A stretch of DNA of 64,000 bases. Origin: Octopus vulgaris (lineage: Eukaryota). The stretch is taken from NCBI GenBank assembly GCA_951406725.2, contig OX597836.1:41354001-41418000 (forward strand), given 5' to 3'. The translations under genes and the position numbers were made by a program. A model generated the notes under the pieces. That model did not search any database and was not told the DNA's origin. It worked only from the letters and a program-made list of their open reading frames with translations. Positions 28,618 to 42,577 of the stretch are shown here, piece after piece (the first letter of the stretch is position 1; the number at the start of each line of letters is the position of its first letter).

Positions 28618-28812
28618 TATATAATAGTTATCGCCATACTAATATGGCATTCTTATAAAAATAAGAATAAAGCTGTCCGCTTATTAGCTCCATGAGACCA
28701 TCGCCTTAAGTTAGCTATTTGATACACAAACTGTATCCATATAACCTTCGAAACTAGGTAAATAAAACCATCGAACAGAGATTGTCGGAAGCGACACCTA
28801 CTGGCTGGCTAC

Positions 28813-28854
28813 GCTGCATTGAAAAGGGGCAATACCCCGAAACGCGTCTGTAGC
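28813..28854 (+). ncRNA. Type I hammerhead motif, U3-A8 variant
   Basis: gctgca UUGAAAA gggg-caata-cccc GAAA cgcg UC tgtagc; all stems pair. Confidence 0.78.
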
Positions 28855-29081
28855 TGCCGGTCAAGTAGTGTGGAGCGACTGACCTCCCTTGTTCGAAGGT
28901 TATATGGATACAGTTTGTGTATCAAATAGCTAACTTAAGGCGATGGCCTCATGGAGCTAATAAGCGGACAGCTTTATTCTTATTTTTATAAGAATGCCAT
29001 ATTAGTATGGCGATAACTATTATTTTCCGTGAACGCTGCCGCTGTTCTCTTTTAGAGAGACTTAGTAATTTTAATATTTCT

Positions 29082-29165
<84 letters not shown>

Positions 29166-29481
29166 TATATATATCCCTCTTCCCTCTTTACTCTTTCTCG
29201 TTGCTCACACGTGACCTTCGTCGATCTTTCCTTTCTTGACGTGATCATCTTTCTTTTCCTTCAGTCTGTCGCGCAGTTCAGACGAATTCTTATCTGTGTC
29301 CTCTCCAATCTTTTCTCTTATCTAAGAATCTTCTTCCAGCGTTCGCAACCTTCTCTCGTCTTGGCCTAACGGCCCTCCCTGTTTGTCTTCGTTTCGTTTG
29401 GTTTGTTGTATGTCCTGTTTTTCTTACCAACTTTCACCCTCCGCAAATCCCAAATTTTATTTTGGTTCGCAGGAGTATCTG

Positions 29482-29553
29482 CCTTCAAAGTTTTATATTG
29501 TCGTTCATTGCTCGAAATAAGGATTAGAAGAACAGACGACAACTGATGAAGGG
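29482..29553 (+). ncRNA. Candidate type II (permuted) hammerhead motif, degenerate
   Basis: ccttc (G)AAA gtttta UA ttgtcgt..loop..acgacaa CUGAUGA aggg; 7-bp stem I. Confidence 0.45.
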
Positions 29554-29651
29554 TCTTTTATTATGTTATTTGTCTTGCTTTCCATTTGTTTCTCTCGGTC
29601 TTTTATGACGTTTTATGACGTTTTATGTGCGTACCTATATACATATATATA

Positions 29652-29879
29652 GGCGAGCTGGCAGACATGTTAGCACGCCGGGCGAAATGCGTGGCCGTCT
29701 TTCGTCTGCCGTTACGTTGTGAGTTCAAATTCCGCCGAGCTCGACTTTGCCTTTCATCCTTTCGGGGTCGATAAATTAAGTACCAGTTGCGCACTGGGGT
29801 CGATGTAATCGACTTAATCCATTTGTCTGTCCTTGTTTGTCCCCTCTATGTTTAGCCTCTTGTGGGTAATAAAGAAATA
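29652..29879 (+). mobile_element. SINE family C
   Basis: Full head, core and tail. Confidence 0.9.
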
Positions 29880-29989
29880 TATATGGTGGTTGTCGAGTTA
29901 TACACAGTTTGACCACCTCTTGTACCTACACCTTAGCACCATCATGTCATCTGATGTGGCTTTTTAAGCCAGACAATGTTCCGAAAAGA

Positions 29990-30455
29990 CACCCACATAG
30001 ATTGCACCTCTGATTTGGACCACCAATACCTGCAGATAAGTTCTGCTCTTTGAAGCCTCCGTCAGATTTTTTCAAACCTTTTGGCATACATTGCATTCAA
30101 AGGTGTGCACAGATATATAGTCAGAATAGATGGTGGAGGTTCGTTTTCCATGCGTTCGCAGATGAGATTTGGGGCCAGTCAACGACACGCATGGTCTGTC
30201 ACAGACTGTGCCTACAAAAAGTTCATTGTCATTCATCTTCTCGGGCGTTACATTCTTCCTTAGATCTCTTTTGAGTCTTACTTGCGTTATCCTGGCCTCA
30301 AATGCTTTTTCCACTCCATATCTTTTTTCGCCATCCAGCTCGATCCGAATCAAGGGTTTCTGTATCTTCTGGAACCATTCCAAGTGACTTCATAGTAGTC
30401 CTTGTGCCGTCCTTAAACCTTTTTTTAAGGTTTACGCCGATAGCGTTTAAGTTCA
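29990..30455 (-). mobile_element. RTE (BovB-like) LINE 3' fragment with C2H2-like motifs
   Basis: The minus strand reads KRFKDGTRTTMKSLG..DRAGWRK and, after a frameshift, TVCDRPCVSLTGPKSHLRTH..FECNVCQKV. Confidence 0.65.
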
Positions 30456-30459
30456 CCAT

Positions 30460-30519
<60 letters not shown>

Positions 30520-30521
30520 TG

Positions 30522-30553
30522 TACGTTTCGAGCCTATGCTCTTCTACAGAAAG
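30522..30553 (-). ncRNA. Minimal hammerhead-like motif, A6U variant (mirror copy 31101-31135 +)
   Basis: ttt CUGUAGA a gagc-atag-gctc GAAA cg UA. Confidence 0.55.
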
Positions 30554-31005
30554 GGACACAGAAAACAAGGAGAGAAAAAATGTGTGTAGTGGCTAACGAT
30601 CTATCATATATATATATATATATGCATAATAATAATTTGTGGGAATATTATTCCTAACTTACAGGGAAAAATTCAATTTAGAAATACTAAACGAAATTTC
30701 ACAAAATATAATATATATATATATATAAAAATTAGAAAAAAAGCACTTTTTATCAATTCAAAATGAACAATTAAATTACACCATCTAGAAAATTATATTT
30801 AATAGAAATATTAAAAATAAAATAGAATTTCTATAATATGTAATTTTCTAGATGGTGTAATTTAACTGTTCATTTTGAATTGACAAAAGGTGCTTTTTTT
30901 TTCTAATTTTTATATATATATTATATTTTGTGAAATTTCATTTAGTATTTCTAAATTGAATTTTTCCCTGTAAGTTAGGAATAATATTCCCACAAATTAT
31001 TATTA

Positions 31006-31051
<46 letters not shown>

Positions 31052-31353
31052 AGATCTTTAGCCACTACAGACATTTTTCTCCTCCTTGTTTTCTGTATCC
31101 CTTTCTGTAGAAGAGCGTAGGCAGAAACGTAAAATACTTTTTCTATTCCTGAGCGTTATACTAATAAATCTGTTTGCTCTGTAAACCACCTGTCTTCGTC
31201 TTTGTGATTTTTTCGTCTCCCTATATAAGATCTTAGCTTTTTTTCTCTCTTGTTTCTCTCCATGTTTCTATTTTCCTGAGCGCCATACTAATACATTTGT
31301 TTGTTTGTACTCCACCTACCTTCGTCTTTTGTTTATTTTCGTAAACCTTCCCG

Positions 31354-31419
<66 letters not shown>

Positions 31420-31813
31420 AAGTCATCTTCCACCAAAATATATAGTAATAAATACGAAAAACACAGAATTTAATGTGGTTACATATTTTTATTACAAGTT
31501 GTTTTTTTTTTCTTGTCATATGTTTGTTCATGTATACTTCTCCAGTCCACTCTCAGACAAACATACATATGCAAGCATTTATATGCATATATATATATAT
31601 ATATTGGTACATAAATGTATACGTGTATGTATGTGTGTATGTGTAAATTTATATTTCACATATGTGTGTATATATATGTATGTAAGAATGTATATATGCA
31701 TACATATATATATGTATGTGTGCATGGATATATACAATATTCAGAAATACATCCATCCATATATATCTATATATACATACAAATATATATAAACACATAT
31801 ATATATACATACA

Positions 31814-31845
<32 letters not shown>

Positions 31846-31856
31846 CATATATATAT

Positions 31857-31933
<77 letters not shown>

Positions 31934-32658
31934 GCAAATGAAAGCTAGAAGATGGCATATACGAGAATATATTCTCAATCTCGACAAGTGTTTCGACACA
32001 TCTCGCATCGATTCCTCTTTTCTCACTGGATTACGTGTTTATTTCTTCTTTTGTCATCTGTGATTTTATTTTTGCTCTTCTATATCTAATTGAAGATATT
32101 TCCTCCGTCTGGCTGCTTTCCTCTCTACAAAACGGGAAGCTACATTGCTGAACAGTCATTTTAACGAGTTGTATTTGTTTATCACCCGACGAGATACATC
32201 TGCACCACCGGATGCCCTCGAAACTGTTGTTGCGTGTCACACGCAAGAGGAATCGATGCTAGATTTGTTGAAACAATTGTTGTGATTAATAATAAATTCT
32301 CGTATATTCCATCTTCTGTCTTTCATTTACTATATACATAACGATCACTCTGAAAGTCACCGTGCTTCACCAGCAAGCTACCAGATAATAAAACTATTCG
32401 TTTTATTATCCATTGTACATAAGTATATTCCGACGGGGTGAACGTAGTACAAGAGTAAACTACAATTAGAATTCCATGTTTAAACAGAAGACAGACACTT
32501 GATTTTTTTTTTCTTGGGCATGGCCAGATTATACAAAACATTTCTACAGAGGGAAGACTATTGTCTGAGAAGTCCAGTGTCGAAACATCTGGCCATGTTG
32601 TAAAATAGACACTAAAAATCAAGTATTCCCCTAGATACGTACACACATATATGTATGA

Positions 32659-32721
<63 letters not shown>

Positions 32722-33119
32722 CATATATACACATGTGTAAATGGAATATACATATATATATGAATGTATATGTATATGTAAATATACATATATTTTTTGT
32801 TTGTATGTGTATATGTATGTGTGCATGTATGTGTATATTTTGAATCTTTTCAATTGTTTTCTGTTACTGAAACACAATTTTTACAATTTAAAAATTTAAA
32901 TACATTTAATTAAACACTAGTGTAGATATGCACATGCTTATATACATGCACACTCACACAGAAATATATTTGTATGTATGTATGTATGTATGTATATGTA
33001 TATATACATATTAAATACATATATTTATATATGTATGTATCTTTGTATTTACACACATACACCCACACATACAGATATCGTGTTCCCAAGTTTAAACAAT
33101 AAACAAAATTTAGCAAGAC

Positions 33120-33182
<63 letters not shown>

Positions 33183-33186
<4 letters not shown>

Positions 33187-33471
33187 CGTGATCACCGTGA
33201 CCGACCGTGACCGACCATGTTGCTACACGTCGCTGGTCACAATGCGCTTCGCATTGTTTTAGCCTTCAAATGACGCCACCCCGCTGGCTAAGCGAGCAGG
33301 CCAACAGAAGAAAGAGTGAGAGAAAGTTGTGGCGAAAGAATACGGCAGGGTTCGCCACCACCTCCTGTCGGAGCCTCGTGGAGCTTTAGGTGTTTTCGCT
33401 CAATAAACACTCACAACGCCCGGTCTGGGAATCGATGCCGCTACCCTAACCACTGGGCCATCGCGCCTCCA
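33183..33471 (-). mobile_element. SINE family B, tail type 3
   Basis: Family B head with the tail ttggcctgctcgcttagccagcggggtggcgtcatttgaagg...ggtcacggtga. Confidence 0.88.
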
Positions 33472-33490
33472 CGTCCAAGTTGTATTTTTC

Positions 33491-33595
<105 letters not shown>

Positions 33596-33892
33596 TCGAG
33601 ATAATGAATGGTAAAGTGTCTTAGTCATTACACCCTGTGTCTTGATTGTTCAACATCTGAATAATTTCTGACTAATCATCAGGCGAATAAACACAGCTGT
33701 CCCACGGGAGTATTCATATATTCTTGCCGAACGGGTTTGCATAATCGTCTGATGAGCGTACGGAAATAATTCAGAATATGAAACTTCAAACCGCAGTGTA
33801 TAAACACTAAAAGCACAATACCTATATATACATATACATACTCATACATGCAAACACAAGCACACCCTTTATACATGCATTCATACATATAC

Positions 33893-33944
<52 letters not shown>

Positions 33945-34012
33945 GTGTATATATATACATATACACACATATGTGTTTATATATATATATATATATACAT
34001 ACATACATACAC

Positions 34013-34119
<107 letters not shown>

Positions 34120-34231
34120 TATAAATTTTCAGGATCCGATAGAATCTCTCAGCTGTAACTAAGATTGGAGAATCAATATGCATTATGTTCTATTTATGTG
34201 AAAAATTCTAAAGGTTAAGTTTTACTCTTCA

Positions 34232-34325
34232 TTCACCTGAAGAAAAGGTTTTTTTAAAAAAAATTTTACATGATGTAATCGCTTTGTTCACCAACAGAGA
34301 ACACGTCTGAAACAGCTGTAGTGAA
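34232..34325 (+). ncRNA. Type I hammerhead ribozyme motif
   Basis: ttcac CUGAAGA [degenerate stem II] GAAA cagctg UA gtgaa. Confidence 0.7.
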
Positions 34326-35161
34326 CCTCAACCCGTCTGTATTATTGTTTATATATATATATGTATATAGATATATTGCATGTATATGTATATATTCCTA
34401 CATACATATATACATACGCTCATATGTCGTCTGCATGTGTATACACAATCTTTTTATTTATACATCCATGCCATGTGAATTTGCATTTAATGTTGGGGAA
34501 TATTGCGTGCGGATATGTGCCTTATATATTCATGTATATGCGTATATGTACGTATATATTTGTCCGTTTGTACACACGTTTCCCTTTTTCTGTATGTCTA
34601 TAAACACAAACATATACAAAACATACATACATACAGACATACATATATATGTCATTCTATACACTTTAAGGTGGTTATACTGTTGAAAGTCATGCAACTG
34701 CAGTAGTTGCTCCGAGGAAGCATCAAGTATGCTGCAGAGTGGTAAAAGATACAGAAGTGTACCGCTAGTAGACAAAAAGCGTCCTGCAGCGGCAATGGAA
34801 TTGGTAAATCCACTTCTGGTCAATTCCTTCTGTGCTACTGACAGTCTTCTGTGCTTTTTAGCACTATACGTCTATTGGAAATACTTTCTTGAGACAAATA
34901 CCGCAGTGTTGTGACATTCTAATGTATATCCACGCTAAGCAGGATATACAGATTGCTATTTTGTATTTTGATATAATACTTCTTCCGTCGCTAATAACGA
35001 AATATGTATATATATATATATATAATTATAAATTAGGGTATCTACGAGATACGTGTAGATACCCTAATTTATAATTTTTATAATTATTACATTTGAAGGT
35101 AATTTTTTCCATGCTGGCCACTTGATAAAATAGTTATTTTATTTTAAATTAACGATCTTAT

Positions 35162-35222
<61 letters not shown>

Positions 35223-35458
35223 ATGTGTGTGCATATGTATACATGTACATACGTATGTATGTATGTATGTATGTATGTCTATGTGTGTATGTATGTATGA
35301 TTATACAATTCATTGATATAAGGAAAAGGCCATGCCCAATGTTTTATTGTGTTGTAGAGGCATATCTGAGTGTCTTCTGATCTGTGAGTGTAAAGGGTGA
35401 GTCCCCTTTATGAAGATCATCTGACACTTGCATATATATCGCTAAGGTAAATATTTCA

Positions 35459-35530
35459 ATTACCTGAAGATTGACTGTAACCATAACTCGAATTATTACG
35501 AATTGGACAGCCATGAAACGATTGTAGTGT
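35459..35530 (+). ncRNA. Type I hammerhead ribozyme motif
   Basis: tac CUGAAGA U tgactgt..acagcca U GAAA cgattg UA gtg. Confidence 0.68.
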
Positions 35531-35669
35531 TTTACTCATTATCTTTTATTAAACTTTTAATACTTTTGATATATATTTAAAATAATATAAATTAATTAAT
35601 TTTATGTATTGGCTTAAGTTTTTTATTGTTTGATTTGCCTAATAGTGGTTTTATCTCTAATTTAATATA

Positions 35670-35752
<83 letters not shown>

Positions 35753-36571
35753 CAGGCTAAAGCGACACCGACCAATCACATTGCTCCACCCTTGCTGCTG
35801 TTGATGGTAGGCTGTGCCTATTAATATTTACCTCCTTCAGGCAAGTGGACTGGTCCATTTGGAAAATAAAAAGTGCATTAACCACGAACAGCTCATTCGG
35901 AAACCGGGGGGCCACAGGGTGATGTTTCGTCTTTTATGTTTCTCTTAAACCTTAAATAAGCTGTTTGTGTCTAAATGTTGGTTATTTCGTATAATTTCCA
36001 ATTGATACTGTTGTTGCTTTGGCGACCCAAGTCAGGAATGAGTGAGCAGAGAAATGATCAAAGGCGTTCTAGCCGTGACTATTCCATATTTTTTTTTGTT
36101 TTTGTTTTGCTTCTCTTTCTTTGTTTTAGAGTGACTCTATGACAACGTTGTCCGATATAACTCAGTCTGTTTTATTACTTATTGTATGATGTGATTTGGG
36201 GGGAGATTTAGTTGCTACGTTTAGCAAACCGTGCGACCACGTAGAGGTTCTTTTGGAAGGTTCCTTTGCAAGCTAATCCTCCAATATGGAATTGAGTATT
36301 GAAGTTTCATAATGCTAGTAACAGTTTTACATACGGAGGAGCATTTGAAATGGATCTCATTTGTACTCCAACAATACAAGTTCACTTTTAAATATGTCGG
36401 AGAGAATTACACAGAAAGAAAAATAAAAAAAGTGAGAGAGAGAGAGAGAGATAGGAAGAGAAAGAGAAAGAGAGAGAGAATCAATCCGAGATTGTTTAGA
36501 AAATATCATTTACATTTAAACGCAGTTGCTATATATATATACATACATACATACATACATACATACATACA

Positions 36572-36642
<71 letters not shown>

Positions 36643-36685
36643 CATATATACATATATATATTCATATATATATACATATATATAC

Positions 36686-36757
<72 letters not shown>

Positions 36758-37060
36758 CATATACATATACATAAATGTATACGTGTGTGTGTATACGCAC
36801 ATACACACACGCACATACATATATATATATTATGTTATATTAAATGTTATTTAAATTGTTTGTTTATATTCTAATGTTCTGGGTTAGCATTTTCGAAGTC
36901 ACGTGACAAGCCTCCTTGCTCAGCAGCAGTGGCAGAAGCAGCAGCAGCAGCAGACACCCTGGGGCATATTTATCATCACCACACCACTCACAACCACCAT
37001 ACACACATACACACACCCGAATAAGTTGGTAGTTTTCAAATTTGTCAGGAGTCCTTGACA

Positions 37061-38012
<952 letters not shown>

Positions 38013-38056
38013 TATTTATGTCACAGTATAATGCTTCATTTTAGGGCAGACATCGT

Positions 38057-38097
<41 letters not shown>

Positions 38098-38261
38098 ACA
38101 CACATATATATATATATATGTGTATATATATACATATATATTACATATATATATATGTGTGTGTGTGCATGTATATTCATATATATGTGCACTTATATAC
38201 ATATATATATATATATGCATATATATATATGCATACATACACATACATATACATACATACA

Positions 38262-38292
<31 letters not shown>

Positions 38293-38742
38293 GTATATAC
38301 ACTTGTTTACGTTATTCACGCTGTTATTTCGTACTCTTCTTTGTTAGAATTTTTTATTTTATTATTCTTTCTTCTGTTGTTGCTGCTGCCGCTGCTACTG
38401 CTGCAGCTTTTTTGTGTCACTAGTTCCAGTATCCTCAATACCAAAGCGCCAGATATCTTTTGTCCTGCTACATTGTTCCAGCAGGCAGAATCGTCGGAGC
38501 ATCGGGTGGGAGGGTGGGGGACAAAAATGCTTTTACAAAATTTCTTTTCGGCTTTTTTACATTGTGAGTTCAAATTCTGTGACAAGTTCAACATTGCCAT
38601 TCAACCTTTCGGAGTCGATACATTAAAGTACCAGTTATATAACTGGGATCAATAGCATCGACTAATTTCTTCCACTCAATATTGCTCGTCTTGTGGGTAA
38701 ACCCGAAACCATTATTGAGTGAGAGAGCAGCGCATGCCATCA

Positions 38743-38822
<80 letters not shown>

Positions 38823-38825
<3 letters not shown>

Positions 38826-38945
38826 TATGTTTGACTTTTGCTTTATGTTTGTACAAGTTGGCTCCAAGTCTCACCCAGAGACCTCAAGAGACATCAGGTT
38901 GGAAGTTCACGTTGTTGTTATGCCTAGTGTGCCATATATTTGTTT
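38823..38945 (-). mobile_element. 3' UTR fragment of the same R4/Dong-like element
   Basis: The reverse complement matches 46270-46390. The fragment is flanked by (TTA)n. Confidence 0.8.
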
Positions 38946-38987
38946 TTTTTTTTGGTGTTGTACTAGTGAATGTCTAATAAATAAATT

Positions 38988-39052
<65 letters not shown>

Positions 39053-39579
39053 CATCATCATTATTATATTTCGTTGCTGTTCAGCAGCAGATTTTTCCCT
39101 GATTGGACTCACTTATGAAAACGACGTTTCAGACATGACCATTCTGTTTATTATTCTGGTTTAGTATATCTGGGGCTTCATCGGTCGTTCAGTATTTCTC
39201 TTCGTTGTTTTAAGGCGTTAGGCTGTGATGTGAGGATCGTTTAGCTACAGTTTCTGTAAATTATCACGTCACATTGAGTTCTCTCCCTTTCGGTTAGAGC
39301 TCTTAACGCCCCAAGTTCTTTGAATGCTTGTAATAGTCATGGTGTGATGTGATGGTTTCTCTGGAGACAGTCAATTTGTAATATTGGAAATCTTTTGTGG
39401 CAGAAATATGGCATTTGTGTTTTGTAAACTGTGGTAGCTATGAAGATGAAGAGGAAGAGGATGATAAATCTATTCAAGCGTCATTGCGGAAGAGAAGTGG
39501 GAAGAGCAATAATGTATTTTATGAAAAATAATCCAGAGGCTATTGCCATCTCATTCGCCAGTCAATGTCTGTCTATCTA

Positions 39580-39946
39580 TAGCAAGGATGGCACTTATGA
39601 ATGACGAAGCCACATTGAGCATAATCCTATGAACCCGGAAAAATTTAAAACAGAGGGTTACCTACTTGCAAACAAATGTTTTAACTGGTGACATTATTGA
39701 CCGAGGTTACCGTGGTCTTTTCCGTAGGCTTTTCTTTCCACGGATAAACCCTATCTGCTTCCCCCTTTACACTTTACATCATGACATTTCTGTGATATAC
39801 GATCCCTATTGATCGTTTTTTTTTCTGTTCTTTCCTTTTTCTTTTTTTCTTTTTTTTTTTCTTTTCTTCTTTTCTCCCAATAAAGAAAAGCTCTACTTTG
39901 TAATCTGTCCCGTCTGTGTGCAGCCCTGTGTGGCTAATAAAGAAAC
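39580..39946 (+). mobile_element. 5'-truncated LINE 3' end inserted at (TATC)n
   Basis: A short ORF end (ARMALMNDEATLSIIL*) is followed by a pyrimidine-rich 3' UTR and the terminus ctgtcccgtctgtgtgcagccctgtgtggctaataaagaaa, then (TATC)n. Confidence 0.55.
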
Positions 39947-39947
39947 A

Positions 39948-40066
<119 letters not shown>

Positions 40067-40116
40067 ATCTATATCTATATACTCATGTATTTGTGTATAT
40101 ATATATATATATATAT

Positions 40117-40310
40117 CTTTTACTTGTTTCAGTCATTTGACTGTGGCCATGCTGGAGCACCGCCTTTTAGTCGAGCAAATCGAGCCCCAGGACTTATTCT
40201 TTGTAAGCCTAGTACTTACTCTATCGGTCTCTTTTGCCGAACCGCTAAGGTACGAGGACGTAAACACACCAGTATCGGTTGTCAAGCGATGTTGGGGGGA
40301 CAAACACATA
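40117..40310 (-). mobile_element. SINE family A, 3' half
   Basis: Tail half only; ends in a microsatellite. Confidence 0.85.
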
Positions 40311-40412
40311 CACACACACACATACATACATATATATATATATATACATATATATATGTATATGCATATACGTATATATATATACATGGATATATATATA
40401 TATATATATACA

Positions 40413-40446
<34 letters not shown>

Positions 40447-41034
40447 CATACATACATACATATATATGTATGTATGTATGTATATACATACATACATACA
40501 TACATATATATAAATTTCAAAAGCCACCATGCAGCTCATTTCTAGACCATCTCAGCCACATGTTCAGGATAAAGGTATATTATTAATATATTGCTGTTCC
40601 TTGATAGTAGACAGTCTATGTATTTCTGTAGATGTCTAATCCACTAACGCTGAAATAAAGACTTGAACAATATATACTAGATGCAAGTGTAAATACACAC
40701 TTGACTGATAGTATATAACTCAAGTGGTCGATAATGCAAACAGACCGGTTGTGTCTAACCAATCACATTGGCTATGCCAATGGTAAACAAGAAACAACGG
40801 GCACCAACTTACCACCATCTTGAAGCTGAGACTACGAAGATTTAAAAATTTCGATGATGGAGTCCAGAAACTTACAGTTCCGAACAAACTGCAAGGAATA
40901 CACATAAGAATATGACAAAAACTGCAGAAGACAGTCGGGTTTTTAATATACGTATTTATGAGAAAAGCCTGTTCCTCATATAGACGTATCATTATATCCA
41001 TATATACAAATATACAAACATATATATACATATA

Positions 41035-41079
<45 letters not shown>

Positions 41080-41342
41080 TTAAAATGAAGGTGAGCAATT
41101 AGATATTAATTTAATTAACGTCGATTTCACACCAGTGGTCTAGCATGTAATAAAAACTGAAGGTTCAGTAGAATTGTATTATATACATATTAGAGTGAAA
41201 CCTCTATGTGGACACCCTTATGCTAGAAATAGATCCGCTATGGTCTTTTGCAAAATTTTTCTTGAGAATATTTCTTAGTGGTAAGACCATAGCGGATCTA
41301 TTTATAGCATAAGGGTGTCCACATAGTGGTTTCCCTCTAATT

Positions 41343-41402
<60 letters not shown>

Positions 41403-41469
41403 TACATAAACCATTTAACATATAGTCACAGCCAGTTGGACCGCTCACAGCAGACTCCTTGCTCGGTAC

Positions 41470-41515
41470 GCAGTACTGAGAAGTCACAATAATGACGAAA
41501 CATCGGTGTCTGTCG
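41470..41515 (+). ncRNA. Degenerate type I hammerhead motif
   Basis: CUGAGAA gtca-caataa-tgac GAAA catcggtg UC; weak stem I and a C3/A8 mismatch. Confidence 0.45.
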
Positions 41516-41768
41516 CTCCGGAAAGAAAAGGGATCTGATGTGAGTTGTCTCACTTGGCTATGACCTGCTTTCGGGTGTTTTTACACCCAGGGCATTGAGA
41601 TTATATTCTCTTACGCCTAAAAAACGCAGCCGGCCGACAAACTAACAATGCACACACCTTGTATATGTATTCGACTTTACATACTTCCAACTGCTTCTAA
41701 TTGATATCTCAAGTATGTGTGTAAGTATGTATATATATATATATATATATATATGTATGGTGTACTCC

Positions 41769-42130
41769 AATGGACGATATGTCAACACAGTAATTAGGAC
41801 TCAATACCGACAAATTTGGAGAAGACTCTTATAAATTTGGAGAAGACCCTTATAAATTTGGAGAAAACCCTTATAAATTTGGAGAAGACCCTTATAAATT
41901 TGGAGAAGTAATTTGGAAAAGACCCTTATAAATTTGGAGAAAACCCTTATAAATTTGGAGAAGTAATTTGGAAAAGACCCTTATAAATTTGGAGAAAACC
42001 CTTATAAATTTGGAGAAGTAATTTGGAAAAGACCCTTATAAATTTGGAGAAGACCTTTATAAATTTGGACAATATGTCAACACAGTAATTAGGACTCAAT
42101 ACCAACAAATTTGGAGAAGACCCTTATAAA
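41769..42130. repeat. 21-bp minisatellite (aaatttggagaagacccttat) bracketed by a ~60-bp direct duplication
   Basis: Read directly; the flank ggac.atatgtcaacacagtaattaggactcaatacc occurs at about 41772 and about 42067. Confidence 0.9.
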
Positions 42131-42577
42131 ATTCAAGTGATCACAAAAAACAAATTATCAATATTTGGAGTCCTTTATTAAAATCGTTCCAATGATCGAA
42201 TAAGATCATTGAAACGTCCGTATCAATAATTTGTTTCCTGTAATTTCTACATGTGTATGTGTGTTTGTTCCCTTAACTTAGCGGTTCGAGATAAAAGAAC
42301 TGCTGAGCCGAAGTATTTACTTGGGTCCATATGGAAGCTGTGCCCTAGAATTATTTAGAAAGAATATTTGCTTTTATTCCAGTAGACATTTGCTGGGGTT
42401 AGTAATCTCGAAGGGCACTGTCATCCTCAATGGTTTATTCGATCAAAATATAATTCACTTCGATCCAATCTTATCGATTTTCTAGTACTTTATTTGTACT
42501 TTCACCATCATTAAAATATTATCACCACATCGGTTTGCACTATTCTTGCCTCTCCTCTATCTCCACGTAGCAATATA

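Noticed and set aside
34690-34915. Possible exon
   Set aside because: There is no convincing splice pair or protein motif.
40848-40886. Hammerhead-like ttcg ATGA tgga..cca GAAA..cgaa (and the TTGATGA motif at 59046-59097)
   Set aside because: The cores or stems are too degenerate to support individually. They may be old members of the same class.
41550-41600. Minus-strand gggtgt/acaccc hairpin followed by GAAA
   Set aside because: No CUGANGA-like box precedes it, so it was not counted as a hammerhead.
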